A stretch of DNA of 64,000 bases from an uncultured delta proteobacterium. GTDB lineage: Bacteria; Desulfobacterota; Binatia; HRBIN30; BPIQ01. The position numbers were made by a program, and so were the translations under genes. Below, piece after piece: positions 17,763 through 28,547 of the stretch (the first letter of the stretch is position 1; each line of letters begins with the position of its first letter). A model generated the notes under the pieces. That model saw only the letters and a program-made list of their open reading frames with translations, ran no database searches and was not told where the DNA came from. Location: assembly GCA_963761335.1 (NCBI GenBank), contig CAVXGR010000005.1:384001-448000 (forward strand). The letters run 5' to 3'.

Positions 17763-18863
17763 AAGGCTGAAGGCGAGCTCGCGAATGCGCTTGAGGAGCA
17801 TGAGCGCCACGCCGGCCGGCTCACTGAAACCCAGGAGACGGCAGAGAACGGCGCCGCTGAACTCCTGTACGCCGAGGCCTCCCGGGATGACGGCGCCGCT
17901 CACCAGGACCGCCTGGCTGAGGGACTCGATGATGATCGCCTCTTCCCAGCCGCAGGAGATGCCCATCATCCAGAGAAAGAGGACCACCTCGCCGGCGCCC
18001 AGCATCCACCCGGCGAAGTGATAGAGGGTGGTGGCCGCGAAGCCGCGGGGATCTTCCCGGTAGAAGCGCGCCAGCGATCCGTCGATCTCGGCGGCGCGCG
18101 ACTCCAGACGGGCGATGAAGGAGCCGCGCAGCCCGAGATTGCGCAGCAGGCGAGCGACGTCGCCGACCACGCCCCGGCGCTGCCAGACGACCATGCCGAG
18201 GACGATGCCGAGACCGACGACCCAGCAGCCGATGAGCAGCAGGCCCCGGGCGCGCAGCAGATCCAGCCAGTCGAGCAGCATGAAGAGCCCGATCAGAGTG
18301 AAGACGATCTGCGAGCTGATGATGGCGCCCTTGGCGATCACCACCGAGGCGACGCCATCGCTGGTGCCGACGCCGTGCTGGCGCAGCAGATAGGCCTTCA
18401 CCGGCTCGCCGGCGAGGCCGGCGGTCGGCGTCAGGTTGTTCACCGCTTCGCCCGCGAGGCGGATCCAGTAGAGCTTCCAGAACGAAACCAGGCGGCGGCT
18501 GGGATAGGCGAGGGCGCGGCCCCAGCCGAAGACGTCGAAGATCATGATGACGCCGTAGGGCACCAGGACGAGCGGCGCCCACCAGCCGAGCGACTGCATC
18601 AGCGCCAGCACCTGGCCGACGCCGACGTAGTAGAGGACGGCTCCCAGAGCCGCCAGACCGACGGCGACCAGCGCCGCGGTGCGCAGATGCCGGCCGGTCT
18701 GGCGCCGCGAGACCGGGAGCGCCGCGGCCAGGTCGCTGCCGTTGCTCAACGTGGGGGAGGCATTGTGGGCGCTGTGCGAGGAATGGACGCTGCCTGAGAG
18801 CCCTGTCGCAGCTGGCGCCACTCCCCGGGCGTCCGGCGCGGAAGCCGCGGGCTCTGAAGACAT
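17700..18863 (-). CDS. Lysylphosphatidylglycerol-synthase-TM / flippase-like membrane protein (HpnL-like)
   Basis: GEAVNNLTP...GEPVKAYLL and IPGGLGVQE motifs; multiple transmembrane helices; start uncertain. Confidence 0.8.
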   Translation of the reverse strand: MSSEPAASAPDARGVAPAATGLSGSVHSSHSAHNASPTLSNGSDLAAALPVSRRQTGRHLRTAALVAVGLAALGAVLYYVGVGQVLALMQSLGWWAPLVLVPYGVIMIFDVFGWGRALAYPSRRLVSFWKLYWIRLAGEAVNNLTPTAGLAGEPVKAYLLRQHGVGTSDGVASVVIAKGAIISSQIVFTLIGLFMLLDWLDLLRARGLLLIGCWVVGLGIVLGMVVWQRRGVVGDVARLLRNLGLRGSFIARLESRAAEIDGSLARFYREDPRGFAATTLYHFAGWMLGAGEVVLFLWMMGISCGWEEAIIIESLSQAVLVSGAVIPGGLGVQEFSGAVLCRLLGFSEPAGVALMLLKRIRELAFSLLGLAALTYLSRGAAAHQEQQ

Positions 18864-18915
18864 GTGGCGTCAATCGAATCAACAAGGGCCGGACGTGTCA
18901 AGGTAGGGGCGACAG

Positions 18916-19611
18916 TGCGTCATGAGCCTTACGGCTCACCAATAGACGATGAAATGAGGCTGGGGATCTGCGCCGGCAAGAGACTTGGAGGTCCTCGCCC
19001 GGCTGAAGTTCGCCCCGGAGGGGCGGTGGCGTGTAGCCCCGGGTGAAACCCTGGGAAGAATGCGCGCTCCGTCAGGCGCGCCCCGCCAGGGGCGCGGGCA
19101 AGCTTTCGTCGATGTCACGCCTGTAGGCCGATGCTCACCGCTGGGTGCGTGGGAAGCTCATCGAGGTGATTCACGCGGCCTCTACGCCTGCGCCCCTTCG
19201 GGGCGCTGATCTGGGCCAATCGGAACGCGGTCCCCGGGTTTAACCCCCGGGGCTACATGCCTGCGCCCCTCCGGGGCGATAAGCCTCCACGCCAAGCGCC
19301 GGTGCGCTCCGCCAGACCTTCACCCAATCGATTTTCGAAGCAGTGCGTCATGAGCCTGCGGCTCACCAACAGACGATGAAAATGGACGGCGTCCTGATTC
19401 ACTGATCAGACGCTTGCGATGATACTTCCGCGCCACGGGGGCGGGTCTCCTCTCCCCGCATCTTTCCGCGGGGAGAGGATCAAGGTGAGGGGTTCCTGTC
19501 TCACTGAAGGCTCGTGAATGTCCACGGCCCTCACCCTGACCCTCTCCCGCCAAGTAATGCGGGAGAGGGAACGCGCCCCCGAAGCGCACACCCAACAGAT
19601 TTTCGAAGCAG
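18916..19611 (+). mobile_element. Non-autonomous composite insertion, copy B: unit 1 (18916-19343) plus unit 2 (19344-19611)
   Basis: Near-identical to copy A; flanked by GGGGCGACAG and GCTACTTTTGC...AAGTAGCCTGTCCCC (to 19673). Confidence 0.85.
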
Positions 19612-19686
19612 GCTACTTTTGCGGACGGACTCGTTACCCTCGTGGGACTCCGAGGGGCAAGTAGCCTGTCCCCGCCGGCGCTGCCG

Positions 19687-20220
19687 TTACGCCAGCTCCG
19701 CCAAGGCCTGCTCATATGTGGCCAGATCCGCGGCGCTGAAGAGGACGAAGCGCACCAGGTGGATGCCGGGATGACTGGGCAGGCATTCGGCGACGGTGCG
19801 CAGCGCCAGACGCGACGCCTCGCCGATCGGGTAGCGATAGGCGCCGGTGCTGATCGAAGGGAAGGCGATGCTGGTGACGCCGTGCGCCGCCGCTTCCTCC
19901 AGGGAGCGGCGATAGGCGCTGGCGAGCAGCCCGGCCTCGCCGCGGCTGCCGTCGCGGTAGACCGGCCCGACGGTGTGGATCACGTAGCGCGCCTTGAGGC
20001 GGCCGCCTGCCGTGGTCCTGGCGTCGCCGGTGGGGCAGCCGCCGAAACGCTTGCACTCCTCGAGAATCTTCGCCCCGCCGGCACGGTGGATGGCGCCGTC
20101 GACACCGCCGCCGCCGAGCAAGGTGCTGTTGGCGGCGTTGACGATGGCGTCGGTGTCCTGCTCGGTGATGTCGCCGCGCACCAGCTCGAGGCGCGCCGCT
20201 CCCAGGCTCAGCTCTCGCAT
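19687..20220 (-). CDS. ymdB: Macrodomain O-acetyl-ADP-ribose deacetylase
   Basis: GDIT, IVNAAN..LLGGGGVDGAIH, VIHTVGP, AFPSISTGAY. Confidence 0.92.
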   Translation of the reverse strand: MRELSLGAARLELVRGDITEQDTDAIVNAANSTLLGGGGVDGAIHRAGGAKILEECKRFGGCPTGDARTTAGGRLKARYVIHTVGPVYRDGSRGEAGLLASAYRRSLEEAAAHGVTSIAFPSISTGAYRYPIGEASRLALRTVAECLPSHPGIHLVRFVLFSAADLATYEQALAELA

Positions 20221-20330
20221 CGCTCGTTCCTCCCGCCGCTCATGATACGCCAACCGGTCAGCCCTGTAACCCGCCGACTCGCGAGTTTGACTCGCCGCAC
20301 TGCGGCCCATACGATGCGCCGGTTTAGGGA

Positions 20331-20804
20331 ATGCCAGTGCGCACACTGATCATCCTTCTCGCCTCCGCGGGCTATATCGGCTACATCCCCATCGCCTCGG
20401 GGACCTTCGGGTCGCTGGTCGGCATTCCCTTCTTCTTCCTCTTCGACCGCATGGCGGTGACCTCGCCGTTCCTGACGCTGGCGGTCTTCGTCGCCGCCGT
20501 GCTCGGCTCCTGCTGGGTGGCCGGCCGCGCCGAGGAGTACTTCCACGAGCACGACAGCCACAAGATCGTCATCGACGAGGTGGTCGGCTACATCGCCGCG
20601 ACCCTGTTTCTGCCGGTGAACCTGTGGACCATCGGCCTGGCCTTCGTCGTCTTTCGCGTCTACGACGTGGTCAAGCCCTTCCCGGCGGGGTACATCGACG
20701 CCAACCTCCAGGGCGGCTACGGCGTCGTTCTCGACGACGTCATGTCGGGAATCTATGCAAACCTCACAGTTCGCCTCCTGTTTCTGTTCGCCTCGATGAT
20801 GTAG
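20331..20804 (+). CDS. pgpA: Phosphatidylglycerophosphatase A
   Basis: ASGTFGS, HDSHKIVIDE, FRVYDVVKPFP, GVVLDD. Confidence 0.92.
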   Translation: MPVRTLIILLASAGYIGYIPIASGTFGSLVGIPFFFLFDRMAVTSPFLTLAVFVAAVLGSCWVAGRAEEYFHEHDSHKIVIDEVVGYIAATLFLPVNLWTIGLAFVVFRVYDVVKPFPAGYIDANLQGGYGVVLDDVMSGIYANLTVRLLFLFASMM

Positions 20805-20813
20805 AAGACCGGC

Positions 20814-22100
20814 ATGGGCATCGAGCGCGCCGTCGTCCTGAGCACGGGTGACGAGCTGACCACCGGCCGCACCGTCGATACCAACGCCAACTTCATCGCC
20901 GACAAGCTGACCGATGCCGGCGTCGACGTCGTCTCGGTGATCACCGTCGGCGATTATCCGGAGCGCATCACCTGGGCATGGCAGGAGGGCATGCGCCGGG
21001 CCGACCTGGTGATCTCCACCGGCGGTCTCGGGCCGACCGCGGACGATCTGACCACGGAAACCGTGGGCGGGCTCACCGGCCGGCGGCTGGTGTTGAACGA
21101 GGAGGTCGCGGAGCGCATCCGCCAGATGTTCGCGGCGATGAGCCGCGCCATGCCGGAGAACAATCTCAAGCAGGCGCTCTTTCCTGAAGGCGCCGAGGTG
21201 ATCCCCAATCCCCTCGGTACCGCTCCCGGGTTCCGGCTGTCGATCGACACCGAGTGGGGGCTGCGGCATCTGCTGGTGATGCCCGGCGTGCCGCGCGAGA
21301 TGAAGCCGATGATGCAGGACCAGGTGCTCCCCTGGGTGGCGCAGGCGCGCGGCAAGCAGGAGATCTTTGCGGCGCACACCTTCCAGACCTTCGGTATCAG
21401 CGAGTCCGCCCTCGACGAGCTGGTGAGTGGTGCCGTGCACCCGGGCGAGGGGCGCGTCGCCTTCCGCGCCGCCTTCCCGCAGATCTCCGTGCGGCTGACG
21501 GTGGAGGGTCTGCGCGGGGCCGCCGAAGAGCGCCTGCGAGAGCTGGCGGCGCGGGTGCGGGAACGCATCGGCGAGTACCTCTACGGCGAGGGCGACACCA
21601 CCATGGAGGAGGTGGTCGGCACGCTTCTGCGCCAGGCGGGGAAGACGCTGGCGGTGGCCGAGTCCTGCACCGGCGGGCTGATCGGTCACCGCCTGACCAA
21701 TGTCCCCGGCAGCTCTGCATACTTGCTCGCCGACGTGGTGGCCTACGCCAACGCCGTGAAGGAGGGCGTGCTTCGCGTCTCGGCACACACCCTCGAGCAG
21801 CACGGCGCCGTCTCCGAGGAGACCGCCCGCGAGATGGCGGCCGGCGCGCGCGCCGCCACCGGTGCCAACATCGGCCTGTCGACCACCGGTGTCGCCGGGC
21901 CGGACGGCGGCACCGCGGAAAAGCCGGTGGGCACGGTGTGCCTGGCGCTCACCGACGGCGAGCGAACCTTCTCGCGCCGCTATCAGCTCTGGGGCACGCG
22001 CGAGTGGGTGAAGCTGCTGACCTCGCAGATCGCCCTCGACTGGATCCGCCGCTTTCTCCTGGGGAACGACCCGAGCCAGTCCGGCGTGCTGCGCAAGTGA
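20814..22100 (+). CDS. cinA: Competence/damage-inducible protein CinA (MoCF-like plus NMN deamidase)
   Basis: GDELTTG..DTN, GGLGPTADD, AESCTGG, TGVAGP. Confidence 0.95.
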   Translation: MGIERAVVLSTGDELTTGRTVDTNANFIADKLTDAGVDVVSVITVGDYPERITWAWQEGMRRADLVISTGGLGPTADDLTTETVGGLTGRRLVLNEEVAERIRQMFAAMSRAMPENNLKQALFPEGAEVIPNPLGTAPGFRLSIDTEWGLRHLLVMPGVPREMKPMMQDQVLPWVAQARGKQEIFAAHTFQTFGISESALDELVSGAVHPGEGRVAFRAAFPQISVRLTVEGLRGAAEERLRELAARVRERIGEYLYGEGDTTMEEVVGTLLRQAGKTLAVAESCTGGLIGHRLTNVPGSSAYLLADVVAYANAVKEGVLRVSAHTLEQHGAVSEETAREMAAGARAATGANIGLSTTGVAGPDGGTAEKPVGTVCLALTDGERTFSRRYQLWGTREWVKLLTSQIALDWIRRFLLGNDPSQSGVLRK

Positions 22101-22110
22101 GGGCCGAGCC

Positions 22111-22698
22111 GTGCAGGGCGAACGCATTCGCTCGTTCATCGCCGTCGACCTGTCACCGGCAGCGCATGCGGCGCTGGTGCGGCTCAAGCAGGAGCTGGCG
22201 GCGACCGGCGCCGAGGTGCGCTGGGTGCGCGATGCGGGCCTGCACTGCACGCTGAAGTTTCTCGGCTCCGTGGAAGGGGAACGCCTGGAGCGCGTGCGCG
22301 AGGCGGTGGGCGGCACGCTCAGCGGCTTCGCCCCGATCCGCGTGCGCGCCCGCTCGCTGGGCGTCTTCCCGACGCCGGCGCGACCGCGCGTCGTCTGGGT
22401 GGGCCTCGAGGGCGATGGCCTGCGCGAGATCGCGGGCGCCGTGGAGGCCGCTGTCGAGCCGCTCGGTTTCGCCGCCGAGAAGCGCGCCTTCGCACCCCAC
22501 GTCACCATGGGGCGAGTCACGGGCCGCCGTCACTGGGCGCGCCTCGCGGCGCTCATGAAGACGCATGCCGACACGACCTTCGGCGATACCGAGGTCACCC
22601 ACGTGGTCATCTACCGCAGTCAGCCGCAACGCCAGGGCGCGGTGTACACCGCCCTCTGGACAATCCCCTTCGCCGATTCTACTGTCGCGCAGCGTTAG
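22111..22698 (+). CDS. thpR: RNA 2',3'-cyclic phosphodiesterase (2H family)
   Basis: Two HxT motifs: LHCTLKFLG and PHVTMGR. Confidence 0.92.
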   Translation: MQGERIRSFIAVDLSPAAHAALVRLKQELAATGAEVRWVRDAGLHCTLKFLGSVEGERLERVREAVGGTLSGFAPIRVRARSLGVFPTPARPRVVWVGLEGDGLREIAGAVEAAVEPLGFAAEKRAFAPHVTMGRVTGRRHWARLAALMKTHADTTFGDTEVTHVVIYRSQPQRQGAVYTALWTIPFADSTVAQR

Positions 22699-22771
22699 CC
22701 TTCGATGTCTCCGTGGACTGCGCCGGTGATCGAGCAAACAACTGTGGTGGATAGAAGAGGAGGAAGCGAAA

Positions 22772-23839
<1,068 letters not shown>

Positions 23840-23855
23840 GGCGCAATTCGGAGGG

Positions 23856-25013
23856 GTGGGGCAGGAGGCCAGATTGCTGATCGACGATATTCTCAAGGAC
23901 GCCGTAGAGCAGGGCGCTTCGGACGTGCTCCTCAAGCCGGGGGCACCCCCCTGCTTTCGTATCGGCCCGGACCTCGCTCCGAACGGCTCGACCAACCTGG
24001 AATCGGAAGAGGTCCACACCATCGTCGACATGCTCTTTGATGAGTATCGTCGCAAGCAATTTGCCACCCAGCTGCAGGCGGACCTCGCCTATGAGTCCGA
24101 GCTCGGTCGCTTCCGCGTCAACGTCTTTCGCCAGAGAGGCGAGATGTCGGTGGTCATCCGCGTCATCCCGGCCGAGATCCGCACCATCTCCGATCTGAAT
24201 CTCCCCTCGGTCGTCGAGCGCATCGCCGAGGAGCGCCGTGGGCTGGTGCTGGTCACCGGCGCCACCGGCTCGGGCAAGAGCACCACCCTGGCGGCGATCA
24301 TCAACCACATCAACAACACCCGCGCCGCGCACGTGATCACCATCGAGGACCCCATCGAGTACGTGCATGAGGACCGCAAGAGCCACATCAACCAGCGGGA
24401 GGTCGGTTACGACACCGTCAGCTTCGCCTCGGCGCTGAAGGCGGCCCTGCGGCAGAACCCGGACGTCATCCTGGTCGGCGAGATGCGCGATCTCGAGACC
24501 ATGGAGACGGCGATCTTGGCGGCGGAAACCGGCCACCTGGTGCTGAGCACGTTGCACACCCTCGACGCGCCGCAGACGATCACCCGGGCGATCGGGGTGT
24601 TCCCCGAGCACCAGCGCGATCAGATCCGCCTCATCCTCTCGACCGTCCTGCGCGGTATCGTCAGCCAGCGCTTGATCCCGCGCGGCGACGGCAAGGGCCA
24701 GGTGCCGGCCGTCGAGGTGTTGGTGTCGACCGAACGGGTGCGGGAGTGTCTCGCCGACAAGCAGAAGACGCGCGACCTGCGCGAGGTGATCGCCCAGGGG
24801 CACACCGCCTACGGGATGCAGACCTTCGATCAGTCGCTGATGGCGCTCTACAAGGCCTCGCACATCGCCTACGACGAGGCGCTGATGTACGCCAGCAACC
24901 CCGCCGACTTCGCCCTCAAGGTGAGCGGTCTCTCCTCGACCAGCGACGGCCGCTGGAAGGAGTTCGAAGGCGGCGCCGACGGCCGCAGCGGCATCGAGAT
25001 CGAGCGCTTCTGA
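23856..25013 (+). CDS. pilT: PilT/PilU-family type IV pilus ATPase
   Basis: GATGSGKST, TIEDPIE, ALRQNPDVILVGEMRD, GMQTFDQSL. Confidence 0.88.
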   Translation: MGQEARLLIDDILKDAVEQGASDVLLKPGAPPCFRIGPDLAPNGSTNLESEEVHTIVDMLFDEYRRKQFATQLQADLAYESELGRFRVNVFRQRGEMSVVIRVIPAEIRTISDLNLPSVVERIAEERRGLVLVTGATGSGKSTTLAAIINHINNTRAAHVITIEDPIEYVHEDRKSHINQREVGYDTVSFASALKAALRQNPDVILVGEMRDLETMETAILAAETGHLVLSTLHTLDAPQTITRAIGVFPEHQRDQIRLILSTVLRGIVSQRLIPRGDGKGQVPAVEVLVSTERVRECLADKQKTRDLREVIAQGHTAYGMQTFDQSLMALYKASHIAYDEALMYASNPADFALKVSGLSSTSDGRWKEFEGGADGRSGIEIERF

Positions 25014-25116
25014 GTCGCCGCGCCCCGGCGCCCTTGCCTTGTCGCCGCCGATCGGTAGATTGCGGCTGATCGCGCTCGCCTGGCGGCGCGCACTGCTGGA
25101 TCGTTCGGAGGACACA

Positions 25117-25440
25117 ATGGCGAAGGTGTGGTTCGTGTGCCGAGAGGGCGTGCGCTGGAAGGCTCCCGGCGCCGCGCCGGCGTACGAGAGGCCGCTGGGT
25201 GAGCTGGTCTTCAAGCTCGACCTCGGATGGCAGCGGCGCCTGCCGGCGACCAACCGCCCCGATCCGCTTCCGGGATCTCCTCCGGCAGATCTGCGGCAGG
25301 TGGAGAAGGTCTTCGTCGAGGTGACCAACTCCGATCTCGAGGGAGCCCTCTTCCCGGGGTACCAGCCCGGGTGGTACGACTCCCCTTACTCTCCCGCGGA
25401 GGCGGTGCGGCGTCTGGGGCCGCCGCGCTGGGTGGCGTGA
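25117..25440 (+). CDS. Hypothetical protein
   Basis: GGAGG ribosome-binding site before ATG; protein-like composition; fills the intergenic gap. Confidence 0.65.
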   Translation: MAKVWFVCREGVRWKAPGAAPAYERPLGELVFKLDLGWQRRLPATNRPDPLPGSPPADLRQVEKVFVEVTNSDLEGALFPGYQPGWYDSPYSPAEAVRRLGPPRWVA

Positions 25441-25441
25441 C

Positions 25442-25873
25442 TCAGGGCGTCGGCGTGGCGGCCGGGAGGTCCTGGATCCGCGACACCAGGAACCGCCGCA
25501 CGCCGATGCGCAGAATTCCGAGCAGGCGAATCTTCTGACCCGGCGGGGCCGCGGTGAGCTGCTTCAGGGTGACCTCGGGTCCATTGATCTGAAAATTGCC
25601 GTGGTAGGGCTCGGCGGCTTGGAGCACGTCCCAGTAGGCGAGGTTGCCGGTGAGCACGCGCAGCTCGGTGATGTAGAGCGGGCGGCCTTTACCCTCAGCG
25701 GTCAGCTTCCAGGTGGCGGCGACCGGCTCGCCGGCGGGCTTGCTGTCGAGGTAACCGTCGATGCGCACCTGCAGAGGAGCCGACAGCGGCAGGTGCCGCC
25801 TCATCTGGGCAGTGGCGCTGCCGGCAGTGCCGAGCGCCACCACGGTGGCGATGACGATCAGGGTGGCTCTCAT
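25442..25873 (-). CDS. Hypothetical exported protein
   Basis: Signal-peptide-like MRATLIVIATVVALGTAGSATA; GGAGAG before ATG. Confidence 0.65.
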   Translation of the reverse strand: MRATLIVIATVVALGTAGSATAQMRRHLPLSAPLQVRIDGYLDSKPAGEPVAATWKLTAEGKGRPLYITELRVLTGNLAYWDVLQAAEPYHGNFQINGPEVTLKQLTAAPPGQKIRLLGILRIGVRRFLVSRIQDLPAATPTP

Positions 25874-25914
25874 CTCTCCATTCACCTCGGGTGGCTCGCC
25901 CCGGCCGCTGCTCT

Positions 25915-28464
25915 TCAGGCGGCGGCGGCTAGCTGCTGGCGCAGCGCCTGCAGCACGTGGCGCAGATCCTCCGCAGTGCACGGCTTTGCCAGGGCCGGCT
26001 GCGGCGGCAGCTCGTCGCGCATGCCGCGGCCGCGCCACAGGCCGCCGGTCACGAAAATGATTCGCCGCGCCTGCGAGGGACGCGAGGTGGCGAGCTGCTC
26101 GTAGACCTGCGGTCCGGAGAGGTCGGGCAGACGGACATCGAGGAAGACGGCATCGAAGGTGGGGTCGTTGCGCAGGCGGCTCAGGGCTTCCTGGCCGGAG
26201 GAGACGTATTGGACGTGGTGCCCTTGCTGTTGCAGCATCTCGACGAGAATCGCGGCGACGCTGGCGTCGTCGTCGACCACCAGGACGCGGCCGCCCTCTG
26301 CCGGCAGAACCGCGGGCAGGCGCAGCGTGAAGCGGGTACCTTGTGACGCCGCGCTGTCGACCGCGAGCTCGCCGCCGTGGGCACGCATGATCTGGTAGCT
26401 GACGCTCAGACCGAGGCCGGTGCCCTTGCTCTTGGTGGTGAAGAAGGGATCGAAGATGCGGCGTATGTGATCGGCAGCGATGCCGGGCCCGGTATCGACC
26501 ACGTCGATCAGCACGTCGCGATCCACCGCGCTCGCCTTGATCTTCAGCGTGCCGCCGGCGGGCGACATCGCCTGCTGCGCATTGGTGATCAGGTTCACCA
26601 GCACCTGCTGGACCTGCTTGGGATCGGCCCAGACGGGTGGCAGGTCGGCGGGGATGTCGACCTCGACGGCGATGCTTGCCGTGTCGAGGTCGTATCTCTT
26701 CAGCCCCAGAGTTTCCTCGATCAGCTCGCGGACGGGTGTTTCCCGGGTCGTGGGCGGCTGCGGCCGCGCGAATCCGAGGAGGCCCTGAACGATGGCGGCG
26801 ATGCGATTTCCCTCGGTGCCCACCAGGCGTAGCGCCGCGCGCAGCTCGTCCGGGTCGCTGTCCGTCTCCGCCCTCTCCGACTGGCCGAGGATGCCGACCA
26901 GGGCGTTGTTCACCTCGTGGGCAATGCCAGCCGCCATCTCGCCGGCGGCCGCCAGGCGTTCGGCGCGCTGCAGCCGTTCGTCCATGCGCTTGCGATCCGA
27001 GACGTCGTCGAGAATCGCCACCACGCCCTTCACCTTGCCCTCCTCGTCGTGAATCAGGCTGGTGTCGAGCAGCAGGTGAAAGGGCGTGCCGTCCCTCCGC
27101 TGCGCCACGGTCTCGCCGCGGTAGCTGGTGTGCGAGCGCACGGCGCGGGCGACGTCGGCGAGCCAGAGGCCGGAGATGTTGTCTGCCAGAATGCGCGCGT
27201 CGCGGCCTTCGATCTCGTCGCGGCTGTAGTTGAAGAGTGCCAGGAAGGCGGGGTTGGCGTGCAGGACGCGGCCCCGGGGGTCGGTGATCAGCAGCCCCTC
27301 GCCGGTGCTGTTGATCGCCTGCTCGAGAAGCAGGGCGTGCTCGGCCATCTGGGCGCGCTGGCAGGCGGCCGCCACCTGCGCGGCGACGCCATCGGCGATG
27401 CGGATCTCTTCCTCGGTGAACGTCGTCGCACCCCGGCGGCGCCCCAGGAGAAGGACGCCGAAGTACTGTCTGATGCTGAGCAGCGGCGCCAGCAGCAGCG
27501 GCATGAACTCTTCCGGGCCCAGCGGAGTCCCCTGAACGCGCGATACCACCGAGCAGCGACCCAGCGTCCGCACCCACTGGAGGTCGGGCGCCTGCTCCGG
27601 TCTCAGCCGCACCGCACGAAAGGCCTTCGCGGTCTCCTCGTCGACGCCGGCGAGGATGCTGCCGCGATACTCCCCCTGGCGGTCGTTCCAGGTGATGACG
27701 CCGCAGTAGTCGATCTCGGTCACCTTGAGAACCGTGTCCGCCACCTCCGCGAGCAGCGCGTCCAGCTTGGTGAACTTCCCGGCGGCATCGTTGATCAGGA
27801 GCAGCCTGCCGGCGACGGCAGCCGCCCGGTTTTCGCGGTCGGCCGCCGCCTTCGCCTTGTCGCGCTCCAGCCGCAGCGCTCTCTCCTGGCGGCGGATCAT
27901 GCGCCGGAAGCGCACCGAGCCGACCAGAAGCATGAGCAGCAGGGCGGCGTTGGCACCCATGCGTACCTTCTCCTCGCGGTCGGGAGCGACGAGAGGCGTC
28001 ATCGCCTCACTGGGCGAGAGGACGAAGAAGCTGGCGGCCACGAGCCCGGCGAGCGAGCCGACGATGCTGATGATGCCGGTCTCGAAGCTGTAGATGAAGG
28101 TGTAGCCGGCGATCTTCAGCAGGTAGATCAGCACCATCGGGCTGGCGAGATCCCCGGAGGCGTGCACCACGATGGTGATCGGCACCAGGTTGGCGATGAT
28201 GTCTGCCGCCACCAGCCGCAGCGTCACTTGCCCGACGAGATAGCGGCGCGCCAGAAACATATTGGCCAGCAGGTAGGCGACCAGGGCGACCGGAACAATC
28301 AGCTGCAGTCGAGGTCGACCCCGGCTGTAGACCTCGTTGAAGACGATCCACGCCGCCAGGCCCTCGAGGACCCGCAACACCAGCATCCAGACCGCTGTGT
28401 CGCGGATCAGCTCGCGGTTCAGACCGTTGTTGAGAGCCCGTATCCTCTGTCTCAGGCGCAGCAC
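25915..28464 (-). CDS. Hybrid sensor histidine kinase (TM-GAF-PAS-HisKA-HATPase-REC)
   Basis: AHEVNN H-box, NLITNA, DTGPG, FFTTK, GTGLGL; receiver VVDDD...FLDV. Confidence 0.92.
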   Translation of the reverse strand: MLRLRQRIRALNNGLNRELIRDTAVWMLVLRVLEGLAAWIVFNEVYSRGRPRLQLIVPVALVAYLLANMFLARRYLVGQVTLRLVAADIIANLVPITIVVHASGDLASPMVLIYLLKIAGYTFIYSFETGIISIVGSLAGLVAASFFVLSPSEAMTPLVAPDREEKVRMGANAALLLMLLVGSVRFRRMIRRQERALRLERDKAKAAADRENRAAAVAGRLLLINDAAGKFTKLDALLAEVADTVLKVTEIDYCGVITWNDRQGEYRGSILAGVDEETAKAFRAVRLRPEQAPDLQWVRTLGRCSVVSRVQGTPLGPEEFMPLLLAPLLSIRQYFGVLLLGRRRGATTFTEEEIRIADGVAAQVAAACQRAQMAEHALLLEQAINSTGEGLLITDPRGRVLHANPAFLALFNYSRDEIEGRDARILADNISGLWLADVARAVRSHTSYRGETVAQRRDGTPFHLLLDTSLIHDEEGKVKGVVAILDDVSDRKRMDERLQRAERLAAAGEMAAGIAHEVNNALVGILGQSERAETDSDPDELRAALRLVGTEGNRIAAIVQGLLGFARPQPPTTRETPVRELIEETLGLKRYDLDTASIAVEVDIPADLPPVWADPKQVQQVLVNLITNAQQAMSPAGGTLKIKASAVDRDVLIDVVDTGPGIAADHIRRIFDPFFTTKSKGTGLGLSVSYQIMRAHGGELAVDSAASQGTRFTLRLPAVLPAEGGRVLVVDDDASVAAILVEMLQQQGHHVQYVSSGQEALSRLRNDPTFDAVFLDVRLPDLSGPQVYEQLATSRPSQARRIIFVTGGLWRGRGMRDELPPQPALAKPCTAEDLRHVLQALRQQLAAAA

Positions 28465-28547
28465 GTCGACTCAGAAAGCACTGTACTGCCAGTTGTCCCC
28501 CCCGGCAAGATTGCGGATTCGCAGGACAGAGGGTGAACCCCCGGCCA

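Noticed and set aside
22699..22771. LexA box upstream of recA
   Set aside because: No convincing match to an SOS-box consensus that I can recognise
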